A stretch of 59,540 nt of DNA, counting the filler, from Sphacelaria rigidula (taxonomy: Eukaryota), in the NCBI GenBank assembly GCA_964200075.2. It is 10 parts of 10 records of this genome, joined end to end, with 100 filler letters (N's around TTAATTAATTAA, not from the genome) between each part and the next. Parts side by side here need not be neighbours in the genome. Positions count along the whole stretch, not along the records: positions 1 to 5,865 come from CAXNAA020023878.1; positions 5,966 to 11,830 come from CAXNAA020023879.1; positions 11,931 to 17,794 come from CAXNAA020023880.1; 7 more parts are not named here. One strand, given 5' to 3'. Each line of letters begins with the position of its first letter. The first letter of the stretch is position 1. This document shows, piece after piece, positions 1 through 13,125 of the stretch. The position numbers and the translations under genes are program-made. The notes beneath the pieces were generated by a model. That model searched no databases, was not told where the DNA came from, and worked only from the letters and a program-made list of their open reading frames with translations.

Positions 1-363
1 TGAAATAAAGCCTAGGGATTGATTCGTCACAAGTCGACTCATCATACTAACATCAAGTGATTTCCAGAAGAATCATTACATGTCCGATCCTTGGATGCTT
101 GGAGATAACCGGCGTCACATCGAATCTGAGTTACTTGGAATCAGGGGGGCGAACAAAAAAGTAGCGAACGACGTTCATTTTTTATTCTCCCATACGAACA
201 TTTGCGCATAGGTGTAAGCCAAACTTTGAACGTTAACCCGGGCGGAAATTATGTTAGAGGGTGCTCGTATATCTCGGAATTGGCTTGTACAATCGAAGTC
301 AAGACACGGAAAAACACAAGTACAAATACTGCGAACCGGTCAAGCTTGCACAGGCGTACACAC

Positions 364-641
364 CTTCGCTCGCTGGAAGAAGACATGGGGGGGGTCGTAT
401 TCCACCGTTTGGCCTTTCGCCTTCCCCTTCCGCCCCTCAGACGGTCTCTTCTCTATGTTAGCTTCCATTTCGTCTCCCCATCCTACAACCGCCCCCGCCT
501 CTCGCGTTCGAATGCCGCTAGTATCCACAATGCCCTCCACGATAGCTAGATAAGCCTTTTTAGCTCTGCGTTCCCGGAAGGCATGGCAGGCGCGCGCTGC
601 GGCGTCGCGGTGAAGTGCCACGCAAAGAACACCGGACGTGG
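364..641 (-). CDS. RPUSD1: RPUSD1-like pseudouridine synthase, exon 3 (gene continues beyond the contig)
   Basis: Splicing completes HQLDF-A-TSGVLCVALHRDAAARACHAFRERRAKKAYLAIVEG (RluA motifs II and IIa). HQLD rather than HRLD is typical of RPUSD1. Phases are consistent and a GTGTGT donor follows. Confidence 0.85.
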
Positions 642-829
642 CTGAGAGGGTATACGGCGCGGCGGAGAGTGGGTGGGGAGTACACCGTTACTTGGGCACA
701 GCGGCGTGGCCTCGAACTACTGGAGTACGTCGTGTAGTCCTTTGATCTGCGAGATACACTACTGTACAAAATACTCGTGTCTTGTTGCTTGTCGATCATT
801 TCATGGCACGTGCGATTCGTTGCGATACA

Positions 830-1176
830 CCCGGCAGAGTCTTCAGGATGTTCCCACCACTTGAGCCAAAATAGTGTGAACCTGGATTTTTTACTTCAAG
901 CTTCAGAGTTGTGACGTCAAATCTTCGAGGGCAGGTGCGAATTTCCCCCCTTTTCCTACAGAGAGGAGGAAGCCTCACCCAACACTTACCCCTCAAGCGG
1001 GCTCGTGATCCATTTACCCGAAGGCTCGGCTAGGTCACCTCGCTGCAGTCATGTGGGGTAGGCGCTTCGAGCGTTCGGAAACTTTGCTCAAGGCAAGTGT
1101 GGGAGTCGAACCCACTAAAACGCCCTGTCAAGTTGACGAAATGCACGCGCCGCCCTGCTCTCATGAGCTTCGGCTC
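830..1176 (-). mobile_element. Degenerate tRNA-derived SINE-like repeat (boundaries approximate)
   Basis: Pol III B-box GGTTCGACTCCC on the minus strand at 1101-1112 with a weak A-box upstream; no intact cloverleaf. Confidence 0.35.
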
Positions 1177-2179
1177 TAGCAGTGGTTATTAATGATAGGA
1201 GCAGTTTTCCTCATTGAGGGGTTCAGGTTTTGGTCTACCTTGTCAACGTGTTTTGAGCGCGTGAGTTTTAACCTACCCGTTGTCGCCAAATATGATGGCC
1301 GTTTCACGAGAATGGTTGTCTCTTAAATCCGCAGCGAGCTGACGAACGGTCAGGTTCCTTTGTGAGAGACAAGACATCGAGCTTGACCTTGTGTTCATGT
1401 GGGCAGCGGACATGAGTGACAGACGTGGGCCGGGTAATCCGACCCCAACCCACAGGATATTCAGACTGGATCTGCATCAGCTGGTATCAAACCAAGCATT
1501 TCGGGCCACTTCTTATGTTACCATGGCACATATTATGCGGGGCGAATAGGTATTGGAACCATGGAACACAGTGATACCTGGTATCAACATTAGATCTCAA
1601 TGAATTTCCAGAAAAAGACATGTCTTCACTCTCGGACTGAAAAAACAGAAGAACTCTACCCTTTTGCTGGCCTTCGAGTTGTTGATTTGCAACCATCTTT
1701 AATTTTTCCAGGTCCTCACAATCCAATCCAGACCGAAAAATCCCCACAATATGCAGATCCCCAGGGGCGTGGAAATTGTAATCGATGCATTATAGTGCAT
1801 ATCTACTTCATCATTTGTTGTAGACGTGACTTTCAAGCGGCGGTGGGTACGGCCACCAGGCCGTATTCGGTGTATTGGGATAACGTGAAACGACATTAGT
1901 CCATGGACAACCGATGAGAAAGCGCGGCGCACTCCAGGTGGGCTACAGGGTTGCACGGAACCTACTCGTTTCTCTTTTTGCTATCGCTCCTGCCACCTAC
2001 ACCGGGCACGTTTTTCGGTCAAGTAGTAGGGCCAGCCTGCTGTGTGCACCGCTAGCTGCAAAGAGAGCACTCCAGAGCGACAACATGGGTCAGCGTGAGA
2101 TTCTTGTGTGTAAGAACTAGCTCGACGTCTTGATGACACGATACCATGTGTAAGAATACGGTTCAATCATGTGACCCAC

Positions 2180-2294
2180 CAAAATCCAACTGGTGCACCC
2201 ACTTGAGGTCCTTGTCGACTAAGGTAGGACACCAATGCCTTATAAGCTTCTGGACGGTCACGTCGAAGTCTCCGTCCATGCGAACATCTATCGG
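2180..2294 (-). CDS. RPUSD1: RPUSD1-like pseudouridine synthase, exon 2
   Basis: CAG acceptor, PIDVRMDGDFDVTVQKLIRHWCPTLVDKDLKWVHQLDF, GTGGGT donor in phase 1; carries the catalytic Asp of HQLD. Confidence 0.85.
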
Positions 2295-2472
2295 CTGAGG
2301 GTCAAGGCCGAAGTTAGGGAAGCAGCGGGCAGTCGATGGGGCGATGGTTTTGATGCTGTGACTCCGGAACATTTGCGCGTTGTCGCAGGTAACTGCTGGC
2401 TTTCAACTTGGAGCGTTTGCATTGTTGACTCTCTTGCCACAAATAAACGCTCCCAACCAGATGGCAGGATAA

Positions 2473-2838
2473 GGCCGTTTCTTCCGGTTCGTATTTTGTT
2501 TGGCTCGTCTTTTCCACTTTTAGGACGTTTGACAAGGTTTTCGACCCCCAAACAGGGAAAATCGCCACCACACGTCTTGGACACTTTGTATCACCCCACC
2601 TTGAAATACCTAGAGACTGTGCAATATATGTTTTCCTCGTATTTTTGTACAAAGGCCGCTCTCGAAATCTCTGACCCAAGCGAATCGGAAAAGGGGGCTA
2701 GGCTCCTCTCGGTGGGGTGATACAAAGTGTCCAAGACGTGTGCTGGCGATTTTCCCTGTTTGGGGGTCGAAAACCTTGTCAAACGTCCTTCAAGTGGAAA
2801 ATACGAGCCAAACAAAATACGAACCGGAAGAAACGGCC
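2473..2838. mobile_element. PIF/Harbinger (Tourist-like) MITE in an RPUSD1 intron
   Basis: About 128-bp TIRs (2473-2600 and 2711-2838) starting GGCCGTTTCTTCCGGTT; flanks TAA and TGA fit a TNA 3-bp target. Confidence 0.8.
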
Positions 2839-3019
2839 TGAGGGATGGTACAGTAGTCAGTCAGCTTCAGAAGTATGCAGAATTATTAATTTCTTAGTTT
2901 CTCGAAGATTTTCCAAATTTGTTTCGCTTGCCACCGCTCATCACAGTGACTGTTGGATTCCAAAAAATAGGTATCTGTAGACATTTTCATCCTTTCGGCA
3001 AGTATTGGAAAAAAATATA

Positions 3020-3700
3020 TCGGCGATTTTCGGGGGTCCCGCGAAAGTGCAACCCCAGATTCTAGCATTTCGGTATTATTTTCGGTGAACCGACTCGATC
3101 TCGATCATATAAGTGAGGACTCAATATATATATATATATATATTTTTTTTCCAATTTCATCCATTCAATGCGCTAAAACCGGAAACCATGTTTCTTGGAC
3201 CATTCACGGTCAATAACACCGTCCTGATAAACGGGGTCTTTACTCCGTGTCACCCCCACAGCACCAACTTGGGCATTGTGATTTGAGCACGGTCTGTTTA
3301 TTTTGCCGATACTACCGGCACTAGCACTTTCGAGTGCTCATGGAAAATGTTATGCAAAAAAAACCCCGAAAGGAGGCCACCCGCAGAAAATGCTTGACTG
3401 AGGTCTGCGCAGTATAGGAGGAAAACACGATCTCGATCGTTTTTGTGAAGAACCGTATGCGTATTAATTTATCTCAATATCTACCGTTTCGTTGCGGAAG
3501 AGCCGGGAAACTGTTTTTATTTGACCAACAATGATCACTGACACCCTCCTGATAAACGGGGTATATAGTCCGTATCACCCCCAAACAACAACTTGGGCAC
3601 TGCAATATGAGCGCGGCCTACCATTTCCCCTAAATCTACCGGTGCTAGCATTTTCAAGTAGTAATGAAGAATAGTACTCGACAAAAACTCAAGGACTACA
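3020..3700 (+). repeat. Dispersed repeat with an internal ~325-bp tandem duplication; related copy at about 48200-48540
   Basis: CCTGATAAACGGG...ACTTGGGCA...CTACCG..GCTAGCA block at about 3222, 3548 and 48383. Confidence 0.7.
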
Positions 3701-4188
3701 ACAACTACGAATTCCGAAGACTTCTGATGCTGACTACTTTTGGCACGAGAGTGGTCAAATGAACCAGGCTTTGAATTACAGTGTTTCGCACACGACCAAA
3801 ACCATTTTCTAGCGGTGTTGACTAGCGACTCGATGAAATGCGTACTTCAGGGTATGGACATACGGAGGTCAAAGTTTGCAGGCCAGTTCAACATTTGTTC
3901 CTCCTGGCCACTTGATTTCGGGTACACCTGCTGCCCAGTCACGTAATTCACGGGCAAAAATGCGCAACAAATATGGTGGATAGCACCCCGGGTGGTATCT
4001 GCTTCGTTCGATGTAGTACGGCACCCTCAAACTCAAAACTTCGGCTGATCATGCCTTCAAGAGGTGATCTATGTATGATACACGTAAATGCATGCCAGCT
4101 TCTCGTAGCCACATCTACAATATCCGATATGCTGAACTCAACCTCCACAGATGGCTCATGCTGACTGAGCAAGAGAACAAGGTCCTAC

Positions 4189-4239
4189 CTTGTTTATGAC
4201 GACGAAATCGTCGTCAAGCGTCAGGAGTTCCAGGGGCAT
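4189..4239 (-). CDS. RPUSD1: RluA-family RNA pseudouridine synthase (RPUSD1-like), exon 1; start may lie further upstream (in-frame ATG at 4362)
   Basis: MPLELLTLDDDFVVINK followed by a GTAGGA donor, phase 0; matches the RluA motif I pattern (D-D-x-h-V-V-N-K-P) once joined to the next exon. Confidence 0.75.
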
Positions 4240-5825
4240 ATCAGCGCATCCTATAGCCCCGCGTAAGTCCCGAGATGTTGCTGCATCTCCAAGGGAGGCG
4301 AGAAAAGTATCTGATGCGCCCTGCGACCGCAAGGGTGCTCTCCGCATAATGCTTTTGATCATGTGCCACTTGGACTAGCCGTGGGATGTCTCCACGTGCC
4401 GGCTTCGCCCGTCTGTACATCCGAGTCATGTTCTATGTTGACGACGAGGGGATGGTTATTTTCCGCTACCCATGCGCTTGAGAACACATCACTTATGCAC
4501 TTATTGGTAGTTTGAAATTACCTTTCAAGAGATGAAGAGTAAAGAGACGATCATTTTTGACCGAAAATCTTAAAAGAGAATCTCACACGGGGCTGTGCTG
4601 TATGAGGGTTTCATCCGGGGAACGAGGGAAGACAACGGGTCTGAAAGTGAATTGAATAAACCAAGTGAGGCAAAAAACGCCTATCAGATTAGTCGAGTCA
4701 GGCACAAGCCGCATCGGGTCTGACCAGACAAGATGCGTGCTCCTTGCTGACGGCGAATAAAAGTAGTAAGAAGGAGGAGGGTTCAACGAAAGCATCCGAA
4801 CCTGATTCTCTCCTGTTACTATTCTCAAGGTTGAGCCAACGCTGCAAGGCTACGAGCATCATCGCAGGGGGGATACACCTGGCAATCTAATACGGGCAAA
4901 CTGTACAGAGGTGGGTTGCGCAAATGTCCCCATAGGCCTGTGCCGGATTTGTTGAAGTGAACAGTACCCCAACAAGCAGTCGTAAGAGGGAGCAGATGCC
5001 CGTCGTCGCCGCCAAGCTGCAATTTAGGCCTGGGTCCGAGACGTATGTATCTTTGAGGAGATGATGCGATTCTGATGTGTTGCTTGTAAAGATGTTCCCG
5101 TCACTCTGATCAGTACGAGGCGAGAGGGGGGTCGGAAGGAATTAACATGTTTGCATCTGTGCTCCGTTGAACTGTCGTTGTACTGTTGTACTCCAAAATC
5201 TCTGCAGCTGTAATGGACGTATATGTGTACGGTCGGTACCGTGTAGCCTCTACCGCACGGTGTGCCTGGCTCGTGAATGGCGTGGCCATCTACAGTATTA
5301 TTCGCATTGCTGGAATCACGGAAGAATGTAACTGCTGATGAGTATTTCACCCCCCCCCCCCCCGCATGCACTAAACGTATTTTCCATATCACCACTGGCC
5401 CATCAGCTAGCTCTCTTAGGCTGACCTCCGCCAAGATACGCTCAATTTTTCGAAATTCCAGCATGCGGTCAGATGAGGGGGGTGATGGCGCAGATGGCGC
5501 AGATGGTCATTTTACCCTCACAGTCAGTAGGCAGGGACAGCACCGCAAAGTACAGGTGAATCATCGTGTTGAGACTATCGACTGCAATGCCGGCCCTCTG
5601 TTACGTTATCTCCATCAAATATGAAGCCAAGCAAAAGAGAAGTAGTCCGCGGCAGCAAGAGAGGAGCAATTGACACGGAAGGCTGGACGGAGAAGCGTAC
5701 AAAAGCTGCTGAGCAAACACACGGAGCAGTAAGCGGCCCAAGCCTACTCCACAGGCCTGCTCCGACCCGCGAGACCTGTGCCCACATCTTCCGTGAAGGA
5801 ACAATCCAGCGCTCGAGTCGACCTT

Positions 5826-5865
<40 letters not shown>

Positions 5866-5965
5866 NNNNNNNNNNNNNNNNNNNNNNNNNNNNNNNNNNN
5901 NNNNNNNNNTTAATTAATTAANNNNNNNNNNNNNNNNNNNNNNNNNNNNNNNNNNNNNNNNNNNN
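5866..5965. other. Artificial contig spacer (also at 11831, 17795, 23759, 29723, 35687, 41651, 47615 and 53578)
   Basis: 100-nt N-TTAATTAATTAA-N linker with stops in all six frames, recurring every ~5964 nt. Confidence 0.99.
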
Positions 5966-8699
5966 GCGTGTGGCGTCGGGCGGGGTGCGGGGTGGGGTGG
6001 GGGGGGGGGGGGATACATAATGTCTCGGAGTTTTTTTTTTGGGGGGGGCACTCTCGGTGAGGTTGGTTTTATTTTTATTTTTCACTGATTGACGGCGTTT
6101 TAGTATGGTAACGACCATTTTTTCACGAGAACGCTCAAACTTTTCACAAATAAATAAAAAATGACGGCTCATTTTTTTTTACTCAGCATACCTCTGTCGT
6201 TCTCCATGCCAAGTTTCGAATCACAATTCTAAAAATTGAGATAAGGCTCAAGAGCAATTTTGATTTCTCCTCAAAACTCCCCGAAAAACACGAAAAACAC
6301 GAAAAAAACGAACAGAAGTACGACAGAGCTGTGTTTTTTATTTCATTATGCACTAGCGGTTCTTCATACCAAATTTCATAGCACAACTCTCAACAGCTGA
6401 GACGCGATATCCAGATTCAGGTCATCTACTGCCTCTGCTCGTAATATACTGAGTTTAGTATGGAAATTCATGTGCGCCATATCTCTAAAAGACTACGAAT
6501 TACGTTAAGTTGAGGGTATCTACCGTTTCCCCGTGCTCCAGGGAAGGTCTACAACCAAAATCGTCACCATCCGCTGAATCGATCGTTCGGCGTTTCATAT
6601 AAAGTTTAGTGTGGACGCTATCTCCGCTAGGTAAAAGAATTACCAGACATGGGGTTTAATCAACGAGAAAACATTGGCCAAGATTTTTGAGCAGATGGGC
6701 ACCTTCCCCTTGATGAGACGACTAATACGATATGCGGATCACGACCCAACTCGTCTGTGTCGTTGATGTATCGCTTCGAGAGCTTAAATCCGTTTTTAGG
6801 CTGGCCGAGCTCGTAAACCTGGTGATGTTTTGGCCTAGAAAGGGGAAGCGGTTTCTGGAGGCAAGACAGCCGTTGTCGCGTGGCAATACGTCGCGAGTAA
6901 CATGCTTGTTTTTCCGGGGATTTTTCGAGGCCCGGGTGCCAATACCCCCGAATGATGTGCGTGAAGAATCCGGAGTGAAAACGGGCTAGGTGGCGTTTCT
7001 TTGCCGTTTTCGCGTTTCTGGCCTTTTTTCGTACCTTTCTTGGGCAAAAAACGAGAAGGTACATTTTTCTAGGCCACAGGCGTTTTTTTAGTACAAATGC
7101 AGGTCAGGAACTGACTTCAAATTTCAAACAAAAGCGCCTCTTTAAACGTGCTGCTCAGTTTTGACCCGACACAAATGTAACATCGTTTTTTTACAGCCGA
7201 TGTCAATACGAAGTAACAAAAGCAGTTGTGATCAGCGGTGAGTAGGATTCTAAAAAATTGGTCAAGAAGGGTCACCCCGGCGTTTTAGTTGCGGGCGATC
7301 CGTCGGATCAAAATAAACACGAAGTATACTTATTGAGAAGGCTTCAGGACACCTTTGCGTTTTCCTGTGGCCGCAGTTTGTTTTTGGCGGAACTTGCATT
7401 TTTATCCAAGAACGATCAAGCCCAGAATGAACTGCCAGTTTTTCTAGACTCGACCGTTCTTGATCGTTCTTGGACAACAAGCAAGTTCAGCCAATAAATG
7501 TATGGGCACTTTCCGCGCGCCGTTACGGGGCTTCCTCGTCCTCAATGAAAAGCCCCATCCTCACTCTTGATGATGGGCTGTTCTTCGCATGTCAGCTACC
7601 ATGACGGCCTGAGAATGACAGGGGAGGTTGCTGGAGTACTCTTCTGTCATAATTAGCCGCATATTCTCCGGTGACATGGCCCCACTCCAAGCTATTTTGT
7701 TTTTTCTGGCGGACGCATGATCAGCCTTTTGCGGAGTTTTCACTTGATTACAGAACAGGACAGAGTGTGAGTTAAAACTCGATTTTTTTCACCCATGGAT
7801 CGCGGGCGTTTAAGCCCTACCATGGTGTGGTCTGCATTGTAAGGCTAGTACTACAGTGCTCGTTGTACTGCCGCCAGGAACAGTGTCAATTTTGTTGGGT
7901 ATTGCCGTGGCGGGATATATATCGTGCAAAAAACGCTCCTCCCTTCTGCAGTGATACGCATCCTTCCTCACCCGGCTGCAAAATATGCGGTGACCGGTCT
8001 GTAGCGCCAGGTATCCGTGCAGATGTGGCAACCTCTCTTCCGAGGGCATCTGCTCCCCCTCTAATCTCAGTGTTTTCGAGGCATTAGGGCATCACAGTCT
8101 CCAACTGACGCCGCGGATGATGAGTTATAATCGCCGTAGAATACCCCTATTGCACTGAAAAGGAGCAGCACTGTTGTTGTCGCATTTTCCCATAACGCAT
8201 TCATCACGCAGTGTGTGAACTCGTGTACGACATATATCGGTGAAGTATCCTGTACTGAATTGTCTCTTTTCTGGAAGGTGCATCCCAGCGATGCGAAGAA
8301 AATCGTACAGCCGAATGTATTTAGAGCATTGGCTAGACATCCCTGGACTTCACGTACATAACTGACGATACGGTATCATACCGTATGCGGTACGGTCGAA
8401 TCAGTCAATACAGCACAGTTTCACGTGTGAGCTGGTGCTTTATTACCGCCAGGAAAAAACATCTAGACAATCTCGCTCTAAGCACCGCCGCCAGGCCGCA
8501 TCGGATACCATGCACGGCAAGCTGCGCAATGATCAAAGTGCCCAAGTGATCGACCACACCGCGCGGCACACTCCGGGGTGGTCGCGGCGCACGACAGCGG
8601 GGAACCTAATTTTTAGTGTTGCTTCGAGCCGTTCCGGTGCTATTATTCTTCAAGAGTATGAAGGCGGTTTACGGAATTTGGTACAATAGCATGCCCGTT

Positions 8700-9004
8700 G
8701 CCCCGGTGGCTCAGTTGGTAACCTCGAAACTTTCTGCCAGTGGGGTCGTGGGTTCGAATCTCGGTGCAGTCACACGATCTGGGATTTTTTCTCACACCAT
8801 GCCCAACAGTGGACAGCGACCATGTCGTGGGTACACAAAAATTGACTTCACGGTCGACGAGGGAAGGGTATACCGCTGAACCCCTCTCGCGATAAAAAAA
8901 TAGGCAAACACCGCAGAAAGAAGATGGAGTACTAAAACAAAAGAAGAAAAAGCTCCTGTGTTGGCATTCCTCCTGTGTGACCCCGGCCGATGCGCCCACA
9001 TATA
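8700..9004 (+). mobile_element. tRNA-derived SINE
   Basis: tRNA-like head with A-box TGGCTCAGTTGG (8707) and B-box GGTTCGAATC (8751); the body recurs reverse-complemented at 41103-41345. Confidence 0.8.
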
Positions 9005-9028
9005 CCGACAGGTGTAGACTCCAAAAAA

Positions 9029-9287
9029 AGAGCGGTGCTACGGTAGGGGTGCACTTGTTGCGCGAACCCTCGGCTTGTTCAGGGGCTGTTAACGGTTCTA
9101 GATGCACAAGAATATAGGTCAGGACATCCCCGTTTGCAAATTCAGTCGGGATATCCCCAGCAAAATGAAGTAGTAATCCTGGGGTACTCTCATATATTTT
9201 CAGAAGTCGTGTTTTGGATGAGATCAAGGGCTTCTAACAATTATAACCTCAGAAACTATTTTTGCACCCCTACCGTAGCATCACTCT
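9029..9287. mobile_element. MITE with 25-bp TIRs
   Basis: AGAGCGGTGCTACGGTAGGGGTGCA versus TGCACCCCTACCGTAGCATCACTCT (2 mismatches); AAA on both flanks. Confidence 0.7.
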
Positions 9288-11215
9288 AAATGGGATGACA
9301 GCACACACACCCGCCGCAGGAGACCTAGTTTAGGCGCTGCTCCGAGCTGATGCAGTGTTAGTCCTCGTCCATAATATAGAGGCAGTTAACAGATTTTGGA
9401 ATTTCTTACACGGCAGTTACGTTTGTATCATGCTTCACGGCGTGAAATGTGCGGAGCTTAGACGGACACGCGTCCGTGGGAGAAGCGTGCTCACACCGAC
9501 AACCTCACAGGTGGAGGCGCCCGGATGGGAAAGGATGCATGCCAGTGCGAAGGGAGGAGACGCTTGTTACAAGAAACATAGCGCGGCGCGGGAATGTACG
9601 ACAGAGTTGGCACTGTGTGCTTCGAGCCGGCAGAACAACGAGAAATGCACTGACTGTACGACTTGAACTATGCCTCGGCAAGGCTCAAACTCCCGTGATC
9701 CATGCGTAAACGTTTGCAAATTGCTCTCTGTCCTTCTCTGAAAACGATTTACGAATAGGTACAAGCTGGTTCACGGTGATCACCCAAAATTGTGTCATCA
9801 GCAACTGCCTATTGCGATACGCACCCAATAGTCACATATATGGTATCATACTGACCGCAATGATAAAACGAAGAGGGTGACATGGCCGGACTTTTGTTCA
9901 AGGCCATAGCGGGGGCGCTATGGACGGAAATATGTCTCAACCAATCAGCGCCCTTGAAACAGTTCCGAGATCGAAATTACAAATCCCAAGCCCAATTTTC
10001 ACCCAATCTCCACATGTTTCGAATCGTAGTAACCGTCATCGGCATGGGAATCTAACGAGAAAAACATATTTTTCAAACGGTCAACACCGGGGTCGAATTA
10101 TACCCAAAACCGTGATGTTTCGGTGATGTCGGGTGTTGGCGTCGTCTATTTTCGAGTGATACGCACGAAATACCCAGGGCGCCTCGTGACGGTGTCCCCT
10201 ATATCTGTCGTAGAAAAGCTCAGATCGTCCTTGAACTTGGCGGTTTTGTAGGCATTGGTGCTCCAAATGGAAAAATTGTATTATTGACAATAGTTCAGGG
10301 TTCATCCGTTCTCTACCGGCTTCCGGGGGTCCTGGTATGAAGACCTCCGGAAGGGGCTACAGAATGCCCTAAAAGGAAAAAAAAGTGATGCGTCCCGGGA
10401 TAGTGCAAGGAACACATGTACAAAGTTCGATGGAGGAAATCGAAAGTCTCAAACAATTTTTCTTGCCTTGACGTAAAATTCACTCCAAAAGACGTTTCTG
10501 TACCAAAACCAAGTAGTTAGGGGTTACACGTTTCAAGCCCACGTCCTCCACAAACGCTCAAACCTTCACGCGGTTATCAGGAGTTAGATCCTGAAACTTT
10601 GCAAAAATATACCTTGTATCATTACGCAACTTCCTGTGGACGAGTTTTTTTTCTACTTCTTGAGTTTTTCACCGTTTTTCGGGGGTCCGACGGGACCCAA
10701 GTCGTTTCACGACGTAGTCTCGATTCTGGAACCCCGGAAAACCGACTCTACGGCTTTTTTTGTTCTTCACTTTTCGCGCACGATTTGTCGCCGCATAATC
10801 CAAGGAAGGGCCCCACAAAATTTCGTCGCAGAACTCGATCAACTGATGCTTGAATTCTCATGTTCACGTCGAAGAAGGCCCAAGAACGCCGTTTTGGTAC
10901 AAAAATCGAATAATTTGCGGTTGGACCGCGGTACGCCAAGGTTTATCGCACAAAAGCGAAAAATGTCACGCCGTTTTGAGGAGTTAGACCCCGAAATTTC
11001 GCACAGCTGTTCTGTAGGTCATTACGCAACTTTGGAACAACAACATTTTTAGATATATTATTCACCGTTCTAGGGCGGTTGATTAGATCGATGTTTTCCC
11101 GACAAAATAGGGACTCCCGAGAAACGGTGAAAAGAGTAAAGAGTGATCAAAGACCACGTTCTTTGGAAGTTGGGTAATGACCCATAGAATATCTGTGCAA
11201 AATTTCAGGGTCTTA

Positions 11216-11830
11216 GGCCGTTTCTTCCGGTTGGCTATTTCACGATATTCTCGGGGAAAAAATACGAGACCGGGGACATTTTACGAGATGGGCGCTCCTG
11301 GCTTGTTTTATTTTTGAAAAAATACGAGACGAGATTGACTTGTATTTTCCTCTCGTTTTTTCATTTGCGGCGCGGCGATATTAGCAACGCCCGCCAGCCC
11401 TGAATATGTTTGTGCCCTTGGACATCCGCGGGGCTCTTCTGATAGCAATGTCGAAAACCTCCAACGCCGTTTACACCCCAGACCAAATTCTACTTCGCCA
11501 TCCCGGCGCACGCGAGATGTCGTAAGGGGCTGATGATCTATTGGCATCGATCGTTCTCTCGAAAACGTGCAGCAAAGACAGTACCCGGCAAAGAGACTAC
11601 AGGATGCTGTTGTCTGTGCTGTCTCATGCTGTGAGTTAGTTGTAGGTGTCAGCTGGCACACAACAGTAGTACGCACGGCTGTAGTGAAAATGATGCGTAC
11701 GGCGTGAGATATGTGGACAACGTGCAATACAGACAATAGCAGGTAGTACTGTACTGTCTGTACTGCCGATTGAACAGTAGGATCCACATGCCATGTTGCA
11801 CCCGACAGTTGCCGAAAATCATTTGGGCTA
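11216..11830 (+). mobile_element. Left end of a second PIF/Harbinger-like element (right end not seen)
   Basis: TTA followed by GGCCGTTTCTTCCGGTT, identical to the terminal 17 bp of the MITE at 2473; the interior differs. Confidence 0.5.
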
Positions 11831-12137
11831 NNNNNNNNNNNNNNNNNNNNNNNNNNNNNNNNNNNNNNNNNNNNTTAATTAATTAANNNNNNNNNNNNNN
11901 NNNNNNNNNNNNNNNNNNNNNNNNNNNNNNAGGGGTGGGTGTGCCTGATGAGCACCGTGCTGACCCAACTCTACCACCACACCACAGCCTGGGCCAAGGG
12001 TAGTAGTGAGAAGGAATCACTCCTTGAAGGTGATTTCGGCCCTACACCCGCCGAAAATACCCTCCCCACGCCGTACCGACAAGACCGGTCATGACCTTCG
12101 TTGGAGGACGGGGAACGGGGGCATTTAGTGTATTTGA

Positions 12138-12528
12138 TAGAGCTTGGAAATGGTTCGTCTGACCATTAACCAGTTGAATGGTTACGTGTAGCGCAATCAT
12201 TAACCAGTAAAATGGTTCATACTGGTTTGGTCATCGAGCGGCGCAGCCGCTAGCCAAAAAGCCTCCCTCGGCAGAGGGGGCCCCGCTGAAGGCGCCACGC
12301 TGGAGGCACGTTTTTACGCGATTTGGCTTCGCTATGACTAAAAAATACGTGAGATTTGGACCATTTTTCAAGCGCTGTATGTAGCATACGTAATCGGTAA
12401 CGGGATACAAAGCCGGTGATGGTAAATAATGGTTTGAAACCATTATCCCAGATTTTCATATAACCATTACCATTATTACCATTATGATAATAATGGCCAG
12501 TTATAACTGGTACCATTTTCGAGCTCGA
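12138..12528. mobile_element. Degenerate hAT-like MITE
   Basis: Imperfect 17-bp TIR (TAGAGCTTGGAAATGGT / ACCATTTTCGAGCTCGA) with many internal AACCA/TGGTT subterminal motifs; TSD not clear. Confidence 0.5.
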
Positions 12529-13125
12529 ATTACTGATGAACACCTTACCAGTCAGTCCTTGGCCCTTGTTTTCAGCTTTGCACCCCAGGTACGCGCACCC
12601 CAGGCGCGTGGAATGGCGCCAAATTTGGCGTCGAAACTTTTTTCACCCACGGTAGCTTCCTTTCACAACTTCCCTTTACCCTTTTAAGCAGTCAGGCCTC
12701 AGAAATCGTAGATTTGGTGGTTCAAACCAGTCGTATGACGCGACACACTGTTGTCTTGTGTGTCTGTTGCATATCTGCACCCCTCCAGCTGGTACTAGAG
12801 CGCACATCGGGCATGCTTTACGGTCGCGCCGACAAGATGAGGAAACTATGTGCAGGTCGCCCTGGAAACATAATTGTTCCCCGACATGTCACTTGCCCCA
12901 GTTTCATGCGGTACGTTCCTCACGATCACGGGACTGACCCAAAGCTGCAGTCATACGGGAAGGAAAAAAAACCCTCGATGAAGACGATAACCCAGATTAC
13001 AACGTCTACACGCCGTTCTGCAACAACAGTGCACACCGCTTTTTTTCAAGCGCGCCCAGCCCACGTTTTCACGACAATATTTCTGCCCTCCTGACCCGCC
13101 CGTGTGTGTGACTTGTTTGCGGTAG

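Noticed and set aside
8700..8775. Functional tRNA gene
   Set aside because: Acceptor and anticodon stems do not pair properly, and the sequence continues into a dispersed SINE body
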